From Patescibacteria group bacterium (lineage in GTDB: Bacteria > Patescibacteriota > Patescibacteriia > Buchananbacterales > SURF-54), in NCBI GenBank assembly GCA_018818885.1, contig JAHIRB010000041.1, positions 1 to 55,360 on the forward strand: 55,360 nt of DNA. Reading direction: 5' to 3'. The number at the start of each line of letters is the position of its first letter. The first letter of the stretch is position 1. This document shows positions 1-9,592 of the stretch, piece after piece. Position numbers and translations under genes: made by a program. A model generated the notes under the pieces. That model was given only the letters and a program-made list of their open reading frames with translations. It was not told the origin of the DNA and did not search any database.

Positions 1-193
1 CTCATTTCTTTGATTTGAGGTAATATGTTGGTAGGACATCTCTATATTTGGCTTAATAATTAAGGGGTACTTTATTATTTTACCTAAAAGAGATGTCTTT
101 TTGTATTGTTTAAAACGTTGCACTTCGGAGTAGAATGTACCCACCCCATTCTTGACACATTTATTAATATCTGATAGTATATATCTATTAAAT

Positions 194-412
194 ATGTTAA
201 TACTCACCATAGTACAAATAGCTTCTGCTATTCTTTTAATTATAGTGGTTTTAGTCCAAAACCAAGGTGCTGGCCTTGGCGCTGCTTTTGGTGGCGAAGG
301 AAACTCATTTAGAACAAAACGAGGTGCCGAAAAGTCACTATTTTACTTCACCATTATTCTCTCTATTATATTTTTAGGCACAGCTTTAGCAGGAGTTATC
401 TTGCAAAGCTAA
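194..412 (+). CDS. secG: Preprotein translocase subunit SecG
   Basis: Two TM segments flanking GAGLGAAFGG..FRTKRGAEK. ATG at 194 preferred; TTGACA-17-TAGTAT promoter at 152-180. Confidence 0.93.
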   Translation: MLILTIVQIASAILLIIVVLVQNQGAGLGAAFGGEGNSFRTKRGAEKSLFYFTIILSIIFLGTALAGVILQS

Positions 413-436
413 ACATCCAAAAATTAAAAACTAATT

Positions 437-2437
437 GTGAAAATTCCTTTTAAAAAAACAGATAATCTTTCTGTTTCCTCTTCTACTACAACAAAGAATG
501 GGCAAAAGCCGCAATATCAAAATGAACTTGATAAAAAGTTGGTTTATTCTTTATCAGAAAATAAATTACCAAAACCTAAGCAACTTAAACACTTAAAAAA
601 AACTCTAAGCAAAAAAGAGTTGTGGCTGGTGCGAGTGGCAGCTTTGATAATTCTAATCAGTTTGATTTTTTTAGGTGTTAAATTTTACCTAGCAAATTTT
701 CTTCCAACTCCTATTGTTGGTGGCGAGCATACAGAAGGTTTAATTGGTGCCCCACAATATGTTAATCCATTACTTTCTCAAACTAACGATGTAGATTCGG
801 ATCTAGCAAATTTAATTTTTTCGGGATTATTAAAATATGATAAAGATTTAAACCTAGTTCCAGACCTAGCATCAGAATATCAAATATCAGAAGATCAAAA
901 AGCATATACCTTTACTTTGAGGCAAAATGTCTTGTGGCATGATTCAAACCTTGATGATCCTAAACAGTTCACAGCTAATGATGTAATATTTACTGTTGAA
1001 AGTATTTTAGATCCAGATTTCAAAAGTCCAATTTTACCAAGTTTGCGTGGAGTAGAAATCCAAAAAATTGACGACTACACAATTGCTTTTACTTTACCTG
1101 AGGCCTTTCCGCCATTTTTAGAAGCTTTGACTTTTGGTATATTACCAGAACACATATGGTTAGAGGTTCCGCCAGCTAATGCAAATTTGAATGAATACAA
1201 TATCAAGCCAGTTGGAACAGGCATGTGGCAATTTGTTAAATTGAATAAAGATTCCTTGGGTAATATTAAATCTTATATTTTAGAACCAAACCCTAATTAC
1301 TACGGCCAAAAACCATACTTAGAAAAATTAACCTTTAAATTCTACCCTGATTTTGAAACCGCAGTTGACAGTTTAAAAAGTAAAAGCGTTGGGGGAATTA
1401 GTTTTCTACCAAAACGTCTTAAAGATGATTTAAAAAACAGCACTAATCTTAATTTCCATTCTTTCAACTTACCTCAATACACAGCAATATTTTTTAATCA
1501 AAAGCAAAACGAAATTCTAAAAAATAAAGGTGTCAGAAGTGCTTTAAGATTAGCTATTGATAAGCCAACAATACTTTCTGAAGCTTTGAGGCTAGAAGGA
1601 CAAATTATCGATGGCCCAATACTACCTGGTTACCCTGGGTATGGTCCAAGCCAAGAAGATATAAGCTATAACCCTCAACAAGCAAATCAAACATTAGAAG
1701 ATACGGGTTGGAAACAACTTGAAATTGATGACTATAAAAAGATTTTAGAAGAAGAATTCAATAAAATCCAAGGGGAGAAGGAAAAGGAAAAAGCAGATGC
1801 AGAAGGTGAAGAGACATCTCCAGAAGAAGGTCTTACAGAGGAAGAGCTAACTTTAGAGGAATATCTAGAATCAAAACTAGTGCCTGATCAGCCTTTTTAT
1901 CGTCAAAATGATGACAAAATTTTACAAATTACCTTAACAACTGTTGATCAACCAGAAAACTTAAAAGCAGCAGAATTGATCGCAAATTTCTGGCAACAAG
2001 TTGGTGTCACCACAAATCTAAACATTGTAGAAGGAGCCAGAGTTTCTAGAGAAGTAATAAAGCCAAGAAACTATGAGGCACTATTGTTTGGAATTATCGC
2101 TGGCGCAGATCCAGACCCATTTCCGTTTTGGCATTCATCTCAAAACCAAGACCCAGGCCTAAATCTTGCTAATTATGCCAACCGAAAAGTTGATACATTG
2201 CTAGAAGAAGCAAGAAAATCTACCGATGCTCAAAAAAGACAAGAATCTTATAGTGAATTCCAAAATATAATTATATCGGAAATTCCAGCAATATTTCTAT
2301 TTAATCCTACTTATACTTACGTCCTTGATAAAGATATCAAGGGTATAGATATATCTCGCATTGTCATTCCTTCTGATCGCTTCAATAACATTGAGGAATG
2401 GTATATTAAAACAAAAAGAAAATATAAAAAAGAATAG
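437..2437 (+). CDS. Membrane-anchored ABC substrate-binding protein, family 5 (OppA/DppA-like)
   Basis: N-terminal TM; LIFSGLLKYD, PDLA, WHD..FTANDVIFT and PVGTG motifs; acidic insert near residue 450. Confidence 0.88.
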   Translation: MKIPFKKTDNLSVSSSTTTKNGQKPQYQNELDKKLVYSLSENKLPKPKQLKHLKKTLSKKELWLVRVAALIILISLIFLGVKFYLANFLPTPIVGGEHTEGLIGAPQYVNPLLSQTNDVDSDLANLIFSGLLKYDKDLNLVPDLASEYQISEDQKAYTFTLRQNVLWHDSNLDDPKQFTANDVIFTVESILDPDFKSPILPSLRGVEIQKIDDYTIAFTLPEAFPPFLEALTFGILPEHIWLEVPPANANLNEYNIKPVGTGMWQFVKLNKDSLGNIKSYILEPNPNYYGQKPYLEKLTFKFYPDFETAVDSLKSKSVGGISFLPKRLKDDLKNSTNLNFHSFNLPQYTAIFFNQKQNEILKNKGVRSALRLAIDKPTILSEALRLEGQIIDGPILPGYPGYGPSQEDISYNPQQANQTLEDTGWKQLEIDDYKKILEEEFNKIQGEKEKEKADAEGEETSPEEGLTEEELTLEEYLESKLVPDQPFYRQNDDKILQITLTTVDQPENLKAAELIANFWQQVGVTTNLNIVEGARVSREVIKPRNYEALLFGIIAGADPDPFPFWHSSQNQDPGLNLANYANRKVDTLLEEARKSTDAQKRQESYSEFQNIIISEIPAIFLFNPTYTYVLDKDIKGIDISRIVIPSDRFNNIEEWYIKTKRKYKKE

Positions 2438-2460
2438 CCTTACAAATTCCGCAAGGCTAT
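2434..2460. terminator. Probable bidirectional terminator hairpin
   Basis: ATAGCCTT..AAGGCTAT inverted repeat between convergent genes. Confidence 0.55.
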
Positions 2461-2497
2461 CTTATGTAAACGATATTGTAGTTGGGTGCAGGATTCA

Positions 2498-2824
2498 CTA
2501 CTCTAGATCATAATATCCAACAAAATTTTCAAAATCCAATTCAGTACTAAATCGGTCTAAAGCTTTCAAGATGAGTTCTCTTACCCCTTCGTGAGTTTTA
2601 CCATCTTGCATTTTATTGGTAACAGTAATGTCTAGACAAAACTTACCTCTAAGCGTTCCTAAAAATAATCCTTCACCTGCAGGCCATTCTTGACATATCT
2701 CAGATCCAAAAGACTCTTTGATTGCCACGATAATATCTTGTATCGTAGCATAACTAAGTTTAAAAGGCCGCACTAATATCTTTGACTTAAGCCCCATTTT
2801 GATATCAACATCATTCACTTGCAT
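2498..2824 (-). CDS. Hypothetical protein (ORFan)
   Basis: GGGAGGG SD upstream of ATG 2824 (MQVNDVDIK); no recognised motif. Confidence 0.6.
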   Translation of the reverse strand: MQVNDVDIKMGLKSKILVRPFKLSYATIQDIIVAIKESFGSEICQEWPAGEGLFLGTLRGKFCLDITVTNKMQDGKTHEGVRELILKALDRFSTELDFENFVGYYDLE

Positions 2825-2907
2825 TTGATTAACCCTCCCATTTTCAGACAAATTACTCTGTTGTCAAATTTACTGTTATTATACAACATTATTATGAACA
2901 TAAAAGC

Positions 2908-2993
2908 GCCGATGTGGTGGAACTGGTATACACGCACGGTTCAGAGCCGTGTGCCCTTCGGGCTTGAGGGTTCAACTCCCTCCATCGGCACCA
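2908..2993 (+). tRNA. tRNA-Leu(CAG)
   Basis: Acceptor GCCGATG/CATCGGC, anticodon arm CACGG-TTCAGAG-CCGTG, long variable arm, GGTTCAACTCC T-arm, encoded ACCA. Confidence 0.96.
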
Positions 2994-3129
2994 CAATATA
3001 TAGCAGTTCACCTAACCACCGGAGCGCTAGCGAAGACAAAAGTCTCCCCTCGCCCACCATATTAACTATATTAATTTTATTAACTATATTAACTACCTCG
3101 TATTACCACTCCATTAACTAAACTAAACT

Positions 3130-4935
3130 ATGATTGAAAAAAGAAAAAATACAAAAAAATTCAAACAAACTAGACAGCTATTCAAACCTAAACAAAAGGT
3201 CAAACAAAACATCCAGAAATCTAACATTCGAGCTGGTAAAAAAATTCAAAGACCAACTCAAACACCAATTTCAAAAAACAGATTAAAAATTATTCCGCTT
3301 GGTGGTTTAGAAGAAGTCGGACGAAATATGACTGTTTTTGAATATGGCAACGATATTGTTATTGTTGATATGGGTTTGCAATTTCCAGAAGAAGACATGC
3401 CTGGAATTGATTATGTTATACCAAACATAGATTACCTTAAAGATAAATCAAAAAATATCCGTGGTGTAATTATTACTCACGGACACTACGATCATATCGG
3501 CGGCATACCTCATTTAATGCCACGGCTTGGAAACCCTACAATTTATACTGCCAAACTAACCGCTGGAATTATTCAAAAACGACAAGAAGAACACAAAAAT
3601 ATACCTAAATTAATTTTTCAAGAAATTAATGAAAGGTCAAAGCTTAAACTTGGTACGTTCAACATCGAATTTTTTCATGTTAACCATAACATTCCAGATT
3701 CTTACGCCGTAGTAATAAAAAGTCCTGTGGGTACCATCGTGCATACAGGTGATTTTAAACTTGATTACGATCCTGTTTACGAAAAACCAGCTGACTTAAA
3801 CCTTATTGCTCAATATGGCAATCAGGGAGTATTAGCCTTGATGGCAGATTCAACAGATGCCGAACATCCCGGTAGCCAGATTTCTGAAAGAGAAGTAGGT
3901 CAAGAACTAGAAAAATTATTTGAACAAGCTCCAGGTAGAATTATTATCGGTACTTTTGCCTCACTACTTTCTCGTGTTCAACAGATATTTTGGATAGCAG
4001 AAAAACTAAATAAGAAAATATTGGTTGAAGGTAGGTCTATGAAAACTAATGTAGAAATTGCCCACAAGCTTGGTTATTTAAAATTCAACCCTAACACTCT
4101 AGTCGACGAAACTAATTTTAGAAGAATTGATGATAAAAAATTAGTAATAATTTGCACCGGTGCTCAAGGAGAAAAAAGAGCAGCCTTAATGCGAATTGCC
4201 AACAACGAACATCGCTTTATTAAATTCAAGCAAAAAGATTCCGTTATCTTTTCTTCTTCTGTTGTGCCAGGGAACGAAAGAACCGTTCAAACTTTAAAAG
4301 ATACAATCTACAAACACGACGCGCGTGTTATTCATTATCAGATGATGGATATCCACGCTGGTGGCCATGCCAAACAAGAAGATTTAAAAATAATGATGAG
4401 GTTGATAAAACCAAGATTTTTTATTCCTATTGAAGGCAATCACTTTATGCTTAGAATCCATGGTGATTTAGCTATAGAAGCAGGCATCAAAAAAGAAAAT
4501 ATAATAATTGGTGAAAACGGTAGAATTATCGAATGCAGTAAAAATCAATGTAAATTGACAAACCATATGGTTCCAGCAGATTATGTTTTTGTTGATGGGC
4601 TTGGCGTGGGTGATATTTCACAGATAGTACTACGTGACAGGCAAATGATGTCAGAAGACGGGATGCTTGTTGTCATTGCTACAATATACAAAAAGACTGG
4701 CCAATTGGCACAAAACCCCGACATTATTTCTAGAGGTTTTGTATATTTGAAAGAAAACAAAAAGTTGATAGAGGAAATTAGAAGCAAAGCTAAAAAGATA
4801 ATGCATGATTCAGATCATAAATCCCCTGCCTTTGAAGGTTACATTAAGGATAAAATAAGAAACGATCTTGGACAGTTTGTTTATAGTAAGACACAACGCA
4901 GACCAATGATTTTGCCGGTGTTGATTGAAGTGTAA
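3130..4935 (+). CDS. rnj: Ribonuclease J
   Basis: PLGGLEEVGRNM, THGHYDHIGG, HTGDFK, HAGGHA, C-terminal RRPMILPV. Confidence 0.97.
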   Translation: MIEKRKNTKKFKQTRQLFKPKQKVKQNIQKSNIRAGKKIQRPTQTPISKNRLKIIPLGGLEEVGRNMTVFEYGNDIVIVDMGLQFPEEDMPGIDYVIPNIDYLKDKSKNIRGVIITHGHYDHIGGIPHLMPRLGNPTIYTAKLTAGIIQKRQEEHKNIPKLIFQEINERSKLKLGTFNIEFFHVNHNIPDSYAVVIKSPVGTIVHTGDFKLDYDPVYEKPADLNLIAQYGNQGVLALMADSTDAEHPGSQISEREVGQELEKLFEQAPGRIIIGTFASLLSRVQQIFWIAEKLNKKILVEGRSMKTNVEIAHKLGYLKFNPNTLVDETNFRRIDDKKLVIICTGAQGEKRAALMRIANNEHRFIKFKQKDSVIFSSSVVPGNERTVQTLKDTIYKHDARVIHYQMMDIHAGGHAKQEDLKIMMRLIKPRFFIPIEGNHFMLRIHGDLAIEAGIKKENIIIGENGRIIECSKNQCKLTNHMVPADYVFVDGLGVGDISQIVLRDRQMMSEDGMLVVIATIYKKTGQLAQNPDIISRGFVYLKENKKLIEEIRSKAKKIMHDSDHKSPAFEGYIKDKIRNDLGQFVYSKTQRRPMILPVLIEV

Positions 4936-4938
4936 GTT

Positions 4939-5006
4939 GAGCGATAGAGTTATAAAGCGATAAAGATAACAACTATATCGCTCCTATCGCTACATCGCTT
5001 TATCGC
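4939..5006. repeat. Inverted short-period AGCGAT/ATCGCT repeat (family also at ~13841, 17600, 20560, 28141, 37780, 53388)
   Basis: agcgata.. units followed by ..tatcgct units with an 8-9 nt period. Confidence 0.8.
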
Positions 5007-5077
5007 CATATTGACTAAATACGCATACATACTATAATACCAATACAGCTTTTAGAGGGCTGAAAAAGGAGGGGGTC

Positions 5078-5272
5078 ATGAGTGAAAATATAAACTGGCT
5101 GGCGGTAGAAGCAGAAATGGCTGTTCGAAATTTCGGAGATAGATGGTCAGAATTTGGCATAGGTTATGGTGAACCAGAATTCGTCGACATTGTAAATCCA
5201 AGCAATCCGAACCGCATAAGAGATCGAAAAATCATCGAAGCTCGACGAAAAAAAGGAAGAAAAAAATGCTAA
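5078..5272 (+). CDS. Small hypothetical protein
   Basis: TTGACT..TATAAT promoter at ~5011-5038, AGGAGG SD, 64 aa. Confidence 0.6.
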   Translation: MSENINWLAVEAEMAVRNFGDRWSEFGIGYGEPEFVDIVNPSNPNRIRDRKIIEARRKKGRKKC

Positions 5273-5308
5273 ATTTAGACCTCTAAAAGTTCTTCCTTAG
5301 TAAAAGAC

Positions 5309-5337
5309 TTGACAAAAACTGCAATATTTGCTAACCT
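5309..5337 (+). promoter_or_regulatory. Sigma70 promoter of the T-box leader
   Basis: TTGACA-17-TAACCT. Confidence 0.65.
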
Positions 5338-5364
5338 ATACATAACATTGAAAACTATTTAAAA

Positions 5365-5788
5365 CCTATGAAGTGTGTCCTTTGATTGCGCGGGCTTGCC
5401 CTTAAGCGAGCGAAGCGAGTTGAAGGGTTGGGCACGCTGAGGTGAACTATGCGATAGTGTAGTTTCGGCAGGCACCGTAACCATAGCCTAACTGATGTCG
5501 CCCCGAGTTTATCGAGGGGGTCATTGAGTCAGTAAAGTGATTTTGATTTGTTTGCTGACGAATCATTTTTTTGTTCCAGCACGATTAATCATTATCTGGT
5601 CCGCCGAAGCTCGAATATAATGAGAGCGTAGGCGGGAATAAAGGTGGCACCGCGGCTTTGTCTCGCCGGAGTCCGAAAGGACGAAGGCGGAACTTGTCTC
5701 GCCGAAGCTCGAAAGAGCGGAGGCGGAATAATAACCCGTCCTTTGTCCAATAACTTTTTAAGTTGTTGTATGAAGGGTGGGTTTTATT
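5365..5788 (+). ncRNA. T-box riboswitch, probably Trp-specific, with inserted palindromes
   Basis: Antiterminator AAAGG-TGGCACC-GCGG (5640-5655) pairs with CCGT-CCTTT (5736-5744). Competing terminator 5733-5788. K-turn-like stem I base CC-TAT-GA../..GA-GG. Candidate TGG specifier at 5429-5431. Confidence 0.82.
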
Positions 5789-5920
5789 AGTAACTGGCTT
5801 AAAATTTTTGAGCAAGTATCGATAAAAATTTTACTAGCAGTTACTAATCCGCCGAAGCTTTAGCGTAGGCGTATAACATAGATACAACTGGTCAAAAAGA
5901 CCGATAACCATGGAGGGATC

Positions 5921-6211
5921 TTGAAAATGTCATTAACCAAAGAAGAACAGGCTGCACTGGAACAAACACATAATATCAAGATTACTTGTGTAATCAGTTT
6001 TACCGCATGCACAGAATGTGGTAAACGACGTTATCGCGCAACTGCAAATACGTCCGGTAAAATAATTCACGTATGTGAGGATGGCCATATTCAAAATGGT
6101 CAAGCTCCAAAAATCACTGTGGCCGTCATCGATCTACAAAAAATTCCTGGGTATGAAAAATCTAAACCACTTGACGTACTGCGTTACAAGGGTGGAAACA
6201 GAGGTTTCTAA
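5921..6211 (+). CDS. Hypothetical protein, possible zinc ribbon (CTEC...CEDGH)
   Basis: GGAGGG SD; start TTG 5921 or ATG 5927; followed by a hairpin. Confidence 0.6.
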   Translation: MKMSLTKEEQAALEQTHNIKITCVISFTACTECGKRRYRATANTSGKIIHVCEDGHIQNGQAPKITVAVIDLQKIPGYEKSKPLDVLRYKGGNRGF

Positions 6212-6226
6212 CTATGCGACGTCACG

Positions 6227-6261
6227 AGGGGAAGCAAAACTACAGTAGCTTTGCTTCCCCT
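6227..6261 (+). terminator. Hairpin after the 96-aa ORF
   Basis: AGGGGAAGCAAA..TTTGCTTCCCCT inverted repeat. Confidence 0.55.
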
Positions 6262-6349
6262 CCCAACTCAATTATTACAAATTTATATAAAAAGAAAAGG
6301 CCGGGTGCACGCACCTGGCCCTTGTGTTTGAATGTCTGAATGTTGTTTA

Positions 6350-6511
6350 TTATTTCGTGGGTTGTAGAGATAAAATCTCCGAATTCATTTTGCCAACTTT
6401 AATACCATCGGGATCATTCCTCTTTAAAGCCTCTGCAATTAGATGTGCAATATTGTTGCACCCTCGAGAAGAAAACTCCCCTTCCTGTGGTAATACTGAT
6501 TTGATTAACAT
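6350..6511 (-). CDS. 53-aa small protein absent from the ORF track (MLIKSVLPQEGEFSSRGCNNIAHLIAEALKRND...)
   Basis: GGAGG SD upstream of ATG 6511; TAA at 6350-6352; GC hairpin with minus-strand U tract at ~6295-6323. Confidence 0.55.
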   Translation of the reverse strand: MLIKSVLPQEGEFSSRGCNNIAHLIAEALKRNDPDGIKVGKMNSEILSLQPTK

Positions 6512-6598
6512 TTTTTACTGCCTCCAGGCTTCGTTCCAGCGGGCATCAATCTTACACTATATAATATTTTTTTTCAAATGTTTTATCTATACCATCCC

Positions 6599-6626
6599 GT
6601 TGGCGACATTCGCGAATGTCGCCAAC
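6599..6626. repeat. Perfect 28-bp palindrome (REP-like)
   Basis: GTTGGCGACATTCGCGAATGTCGCCAAC. Confidence 0.75.
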
Positions 6627-6636
6627 TATACAAACT

Positions 6637-6665
6637 TTGACATAACACACGTAAACTATTAAAAT
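6637..6665 (+). promoter_or_regulatory. trpS promoter giving a near-leaderless mRNA
   Basis: TTGACA-17-TAAAAT ending 8 nt before ATG 6674. Confidence 0.65.
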
Positions 6666-6673
6666 ATATAGGT

Positions 6674-7639
6674 ATGAAGGAAATAATATTATCCGGTATT
6701 CAGCCAAGTGGAAAACTACATATTGGAAATTACTTGGGCTCATTGCGCAATTTTGTTGAGTTACAAAAACAGCATGAGTGCTACTTTTTTATTGCTGATT
6801 ATCATTCTATATCAGAAGATTACGACCCAAAACAAAAACAAGCCCAAGTTATTGAATTGACAAGAGACTATTTAGCCGCTGGACTTGACCCAAAAAAATG
6901 CACAATATTTGCTCAATCTCACCTATCCCAGCACACAGAACTTGCATGGATTTTTAACTGTGTGACTCCTATATCATATCTGGAGAGGATGACGCAGTAC
7001 AAAGACAAAGCTTCCAGACAAAAGCATAATATTAATATGGGGCTATTTGACTACCCGGTTCTTCAAGCGGCAGATATTTTAATGTACAAAGCCACTGCTG
7101 TGCCTGTTGGCATTGATCAAGATCAACATGTAGAATTGACAAGACAAATAGCACGATTTTTTAATAAACGTTTTGGCAATACTTTTACTGAACCTAAAAC
7201 CCTACATACCGACACGCCTAAGGTAATGAGTTTACTAGAACCGGAAAAAAAAATGTCTAAAAGTTTAGGCGATAACCATTGCATATATATTGATGACGAA
7301 CCAGAAGCGATAAAATCAAAGCTAGCAAAAGCTGTTACAGACACTGGTGACGGCAAGGGCGTGGGTGCACAAAATTTACTTGATTTAATTAAAATATTTA
7401 GTGATAAAAAGATTCATGATAAATTTGTAAATGATAGCAATGCTGGTAACTTAAAATATTCGGAACTTAAAGCACAACTAGCTACAGACATTGCTGAATA
7501 TTTTGCTGATTTTAGAAAAAAGAAAAAAGAAATTTCTAATAATGACGTAAAAAAAATACTGAGTGATGGTGCAACAAAAGCTAGTAAAGTAGCAACCCAG
7601 ACATTAGACGAGGTTAGAAAAAAAATTGGCATACGATAG
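6674..7639 (+). CDS. trpS: Tryptophan--tRNA ligase
   Basis: SGIQPSGKLHIGNY, YPVLQAADIL, VPVGIDQDQH, KMSKS. Confidence 0.98.
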   Translation: MKEIILSGIQPSGKLHIGNYLGSLRNFVELQKQHECYFFIADYHSISEDYDPKQKQAQVIELTRDYLAAGLDPKKCTIFAQSHLSQHTELAWIFNCVTPISYLERMTQYKDKASRQKHNINMGLFDYPVLQAADILMYKATAVPVGIDQDQHVELTRQIARFFNKRFGNTFTEPKTLHTDTPKVMSLLEPEKKMSKSLGDNHCIYIDDEPEAIKSKLAKAVTDTGDGKGVGAQNLLDLIKIFSDKKIHDKFVNDSNAGNLKYSELKAQLATDIAEYFADFRKKKKEISNNDVKKILSDGATKASKVATQTLDEVRKKIGIR

Positions 7640-7640
7640 T

Positions 7641-8180
7641 ATGTTTATTTATTACCTAGCTGTAGTGTTATCACTTATCGCAATTGTTGTAAGTTTAGTT
7701 TTTACTTTTTTTGTTTTATGGTCGATAATTACATTATTTTATACACGTGTCCCTTGGGCACCTACGCCAAAAGATACTATAGATAGAGTAATTAATGAAC
7801 TAGGTATTAAGCCCGGGCAAAAAGTATACGACCTCGGTTGCGGCGATGCAAGGGTGTTAATCAAAGCTGATAAAACAAGTGCAGAAACTATAGGTTATGA
7901 ACTATCATTAAGCACTTATCTAAGAGCAAAATTGAGAATCTGGCTAAGCGGAGCAAAAACTAAAATTTATAGAAAAAATTTTTTAAAAGTTGACCTTTCT
8001 GATGCTGATATAATCTTTTGTTTCTTAGTTACGAAAGTAATGCCTAAAGTTGCTGTCAAATTAAAGGAAAATTTAAAACATGGTACAATTGTCGTGTCTT
8101 ACGCATTCGATTTTCCTGATTGGAAACCATACAAAATTTTAGATACCAAACCTTCAAAAACCTATTTTTATCAAATTTAA
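7641..8180 (+). CDS. Class I SAM-dependent methyltransferase with N-terminal TM
   Basis: VPWAPTP, YDLGCGDAR, VVSYAF. Confidence 0.85.
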   Translation: MFIYYLAVVLSLIAIVVSLVFTFFVLWSIITLFYTRVPWAPTPKDTIDRVINELGIKPGQKVYDLGCGDARVLIKADKTSAETIGYELSLSTYLRAKLRIWLSGAKTKIYRKNFLKVDLSDADIIFCFLVTKVMPKVAVKLKENLKHGTIVVSYAFDFPDWKPYKILDTKPSKTYFYQI

Positions 8181-8260
8181 AAAATATTTTAATATAATTA
8201 AATATAATCTAATAAATAATACCAATTGACTTGTACCTTGTTACTTGACATTTGAAACCT

Positions 8261-9526
8261 ATGAACCCATTCCAAAATGCACAAAAACAATTAAAAACAG
8301 CAGCTACAATTTTAAATTTAGATTCTGATGTTTTAGAAATTCTAAAGAAACCAAAGAGAATTCTGCAAGCATCTATCCCTGTTAAAATGGATGACGGATC
8401 ATTAAAGGTTTTTGAAGGTTATCGTGTTCAATACAACGATGCTCGTGGTCCGTTCAAAGGTGGTATTAGATTCCATCCACAAGTAAATCTTGCGGAAGTT
8501 AAAGCATTAGCTTTTTGGATGGCAGTAAAATGCGCTACCGTGGGCATTCCTATGGGAGGTGGCAAAGGCGGAGTGATTGTAAAACCTCAAGTACTTTCTA
8601 CTGGTGAACTTGAACGACTTTCTAGAGGTTACATTAATGCTTTTGTAAATTTTATCGGTCCAAAAGTTGATATTCCCGCACCTGATGTTTATACTACACC
8701 CCAAATCATGGCTTGGATGATGGACGAATATTCAAAAATTAAAGGCAAAAATACTCCAGGAGTAATTACTGGCAAACCTCTGAATGTTGGTGGTTCACTG
8801 GGCAGAGATACTGCTACAGCTCAAGGTGGATTTTATGTCTTAGATGAACTAGTTAAAAAATTAAAATTAAATCCAAAAAACACCAAAGTAATAATTCAAG
8901 GTTTTGGTAACGCGGGATCTAACATGGCTGATATCATGTTTCACGCTGGTTACAAAATCATTGGTTATTCCGATTCTAAAACTGCAATACTTGATATAAA
9001 GGGCAAAGGTTTTGATTCACATACCATTGAAAAGATTAAAAAGAAAAAAGGCTATGTTGATATTTGCGATTGTCACAAAATTAAGTGTTCTTGCAAAGAC
9101 CACAAACACATGACAAACGAACAACTACTTCAGCAAAAATGCGACATTTTGGTATTGGCAGCTTTAGAAAACGTAGTAACACAAAACAATGCTGGCAAGC
9201 TAAAAACTAAAATCATAGTAGAACTAGCTAATGGCCCAACTACACCAGAAGCTGATGTAAAATTATATAAAAAAGGTATCCATGTTTTACCAGATGTTTT
9301 AGCTAATGCTGGCGGTGTAACTGTTTCATATTTTGAATGGGTACAAAACTTGCAAAACAATTACTGGACAAAAAAAGAAGTCTTTACTAAACTTCAAAAA
9401 ATAATGATTGAATCATTCAACAGTGTTTGGGAACTCTCCCAAAAGCATAAAGTTGATCTAAGAACAGCAAGCTTTTTGTTAGCAGTTGACCGAATCGCTG
9501 ATGCTATCAAACAACGCGGGATATAA
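8261..9526 (+). CDS. gdhA: Glu/Leu/Phe/Val dehydrogenase (glutamate dehydrogenase)
   Basis: GPFKGGIRFHP, GGGKGG, DIPAPDV, QGFGNAG, ELANGP, NAGGVTVSYFEWVQN. Confidence 0.95.
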   Translation: MNPFQNAQKQLKTAATILNLDSDVLEILKKPKRILQASIPVKMDDGSLKVFEGYRVQYNDARGPFKGGIRFHPQVNLAEVKALAFWMAVKCATVGIPMGGGKGGVIVKPQVLSTGELERLSRGYINAFVNFIGPKVDIPAPDVYTTPQIMAWMMDEYSKIKGKNTPGVITGKPLNVGGSLGRDTATAQGGFYVLDELVKKLKLNPKNTKVIIQGFGNAGSNMADIMFHAGYKIIGYSDSKTAILDIKGKGFDSHTIEKIKKKKGYVDICDCHKIKCSCKDHKHMTNEQLLQQKCDILVLAALENVVTQNNAGKLKTKIIVELANGPTTPEADVKLYKKGIHVLPDVLANAGGVTVSYFEWVQNLQNNYWTKKEVFTKLQKIMIESFNSVWELSQKHKVDLRTASFLLAVDRIADAIKQRGI

Positions 9527-9546
9527 ATCAATTAAAATTACATTTA

Positions 9547-9573
9547 GTAGGTCGGGGCCAGGCCCCGACCTAC
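9547..9573. repeat. GTAG-type REP palindrome (degenerate relative at 11835-11863)
   Basis: GTAGGTCGGGGCCAGGCCCCGACCTAC. Confidence 0.7.
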
Positions 9574-9592
9574 ATTTTATATTATATTTAAT

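Noticed and set aside
2819-3121. 100-aa ORF
   Set aside because: It runs through tRNA-Leu and a tandem repeat.
5601-5727. CRISPR array
   Set aside because: The palindromes are degenerate, lack regular unique spacers, and no cas genes are present.
5585-5815. 76-aa minus-strand ORF
   Set aside because: It is antisense to the T-box and REP palindromes.
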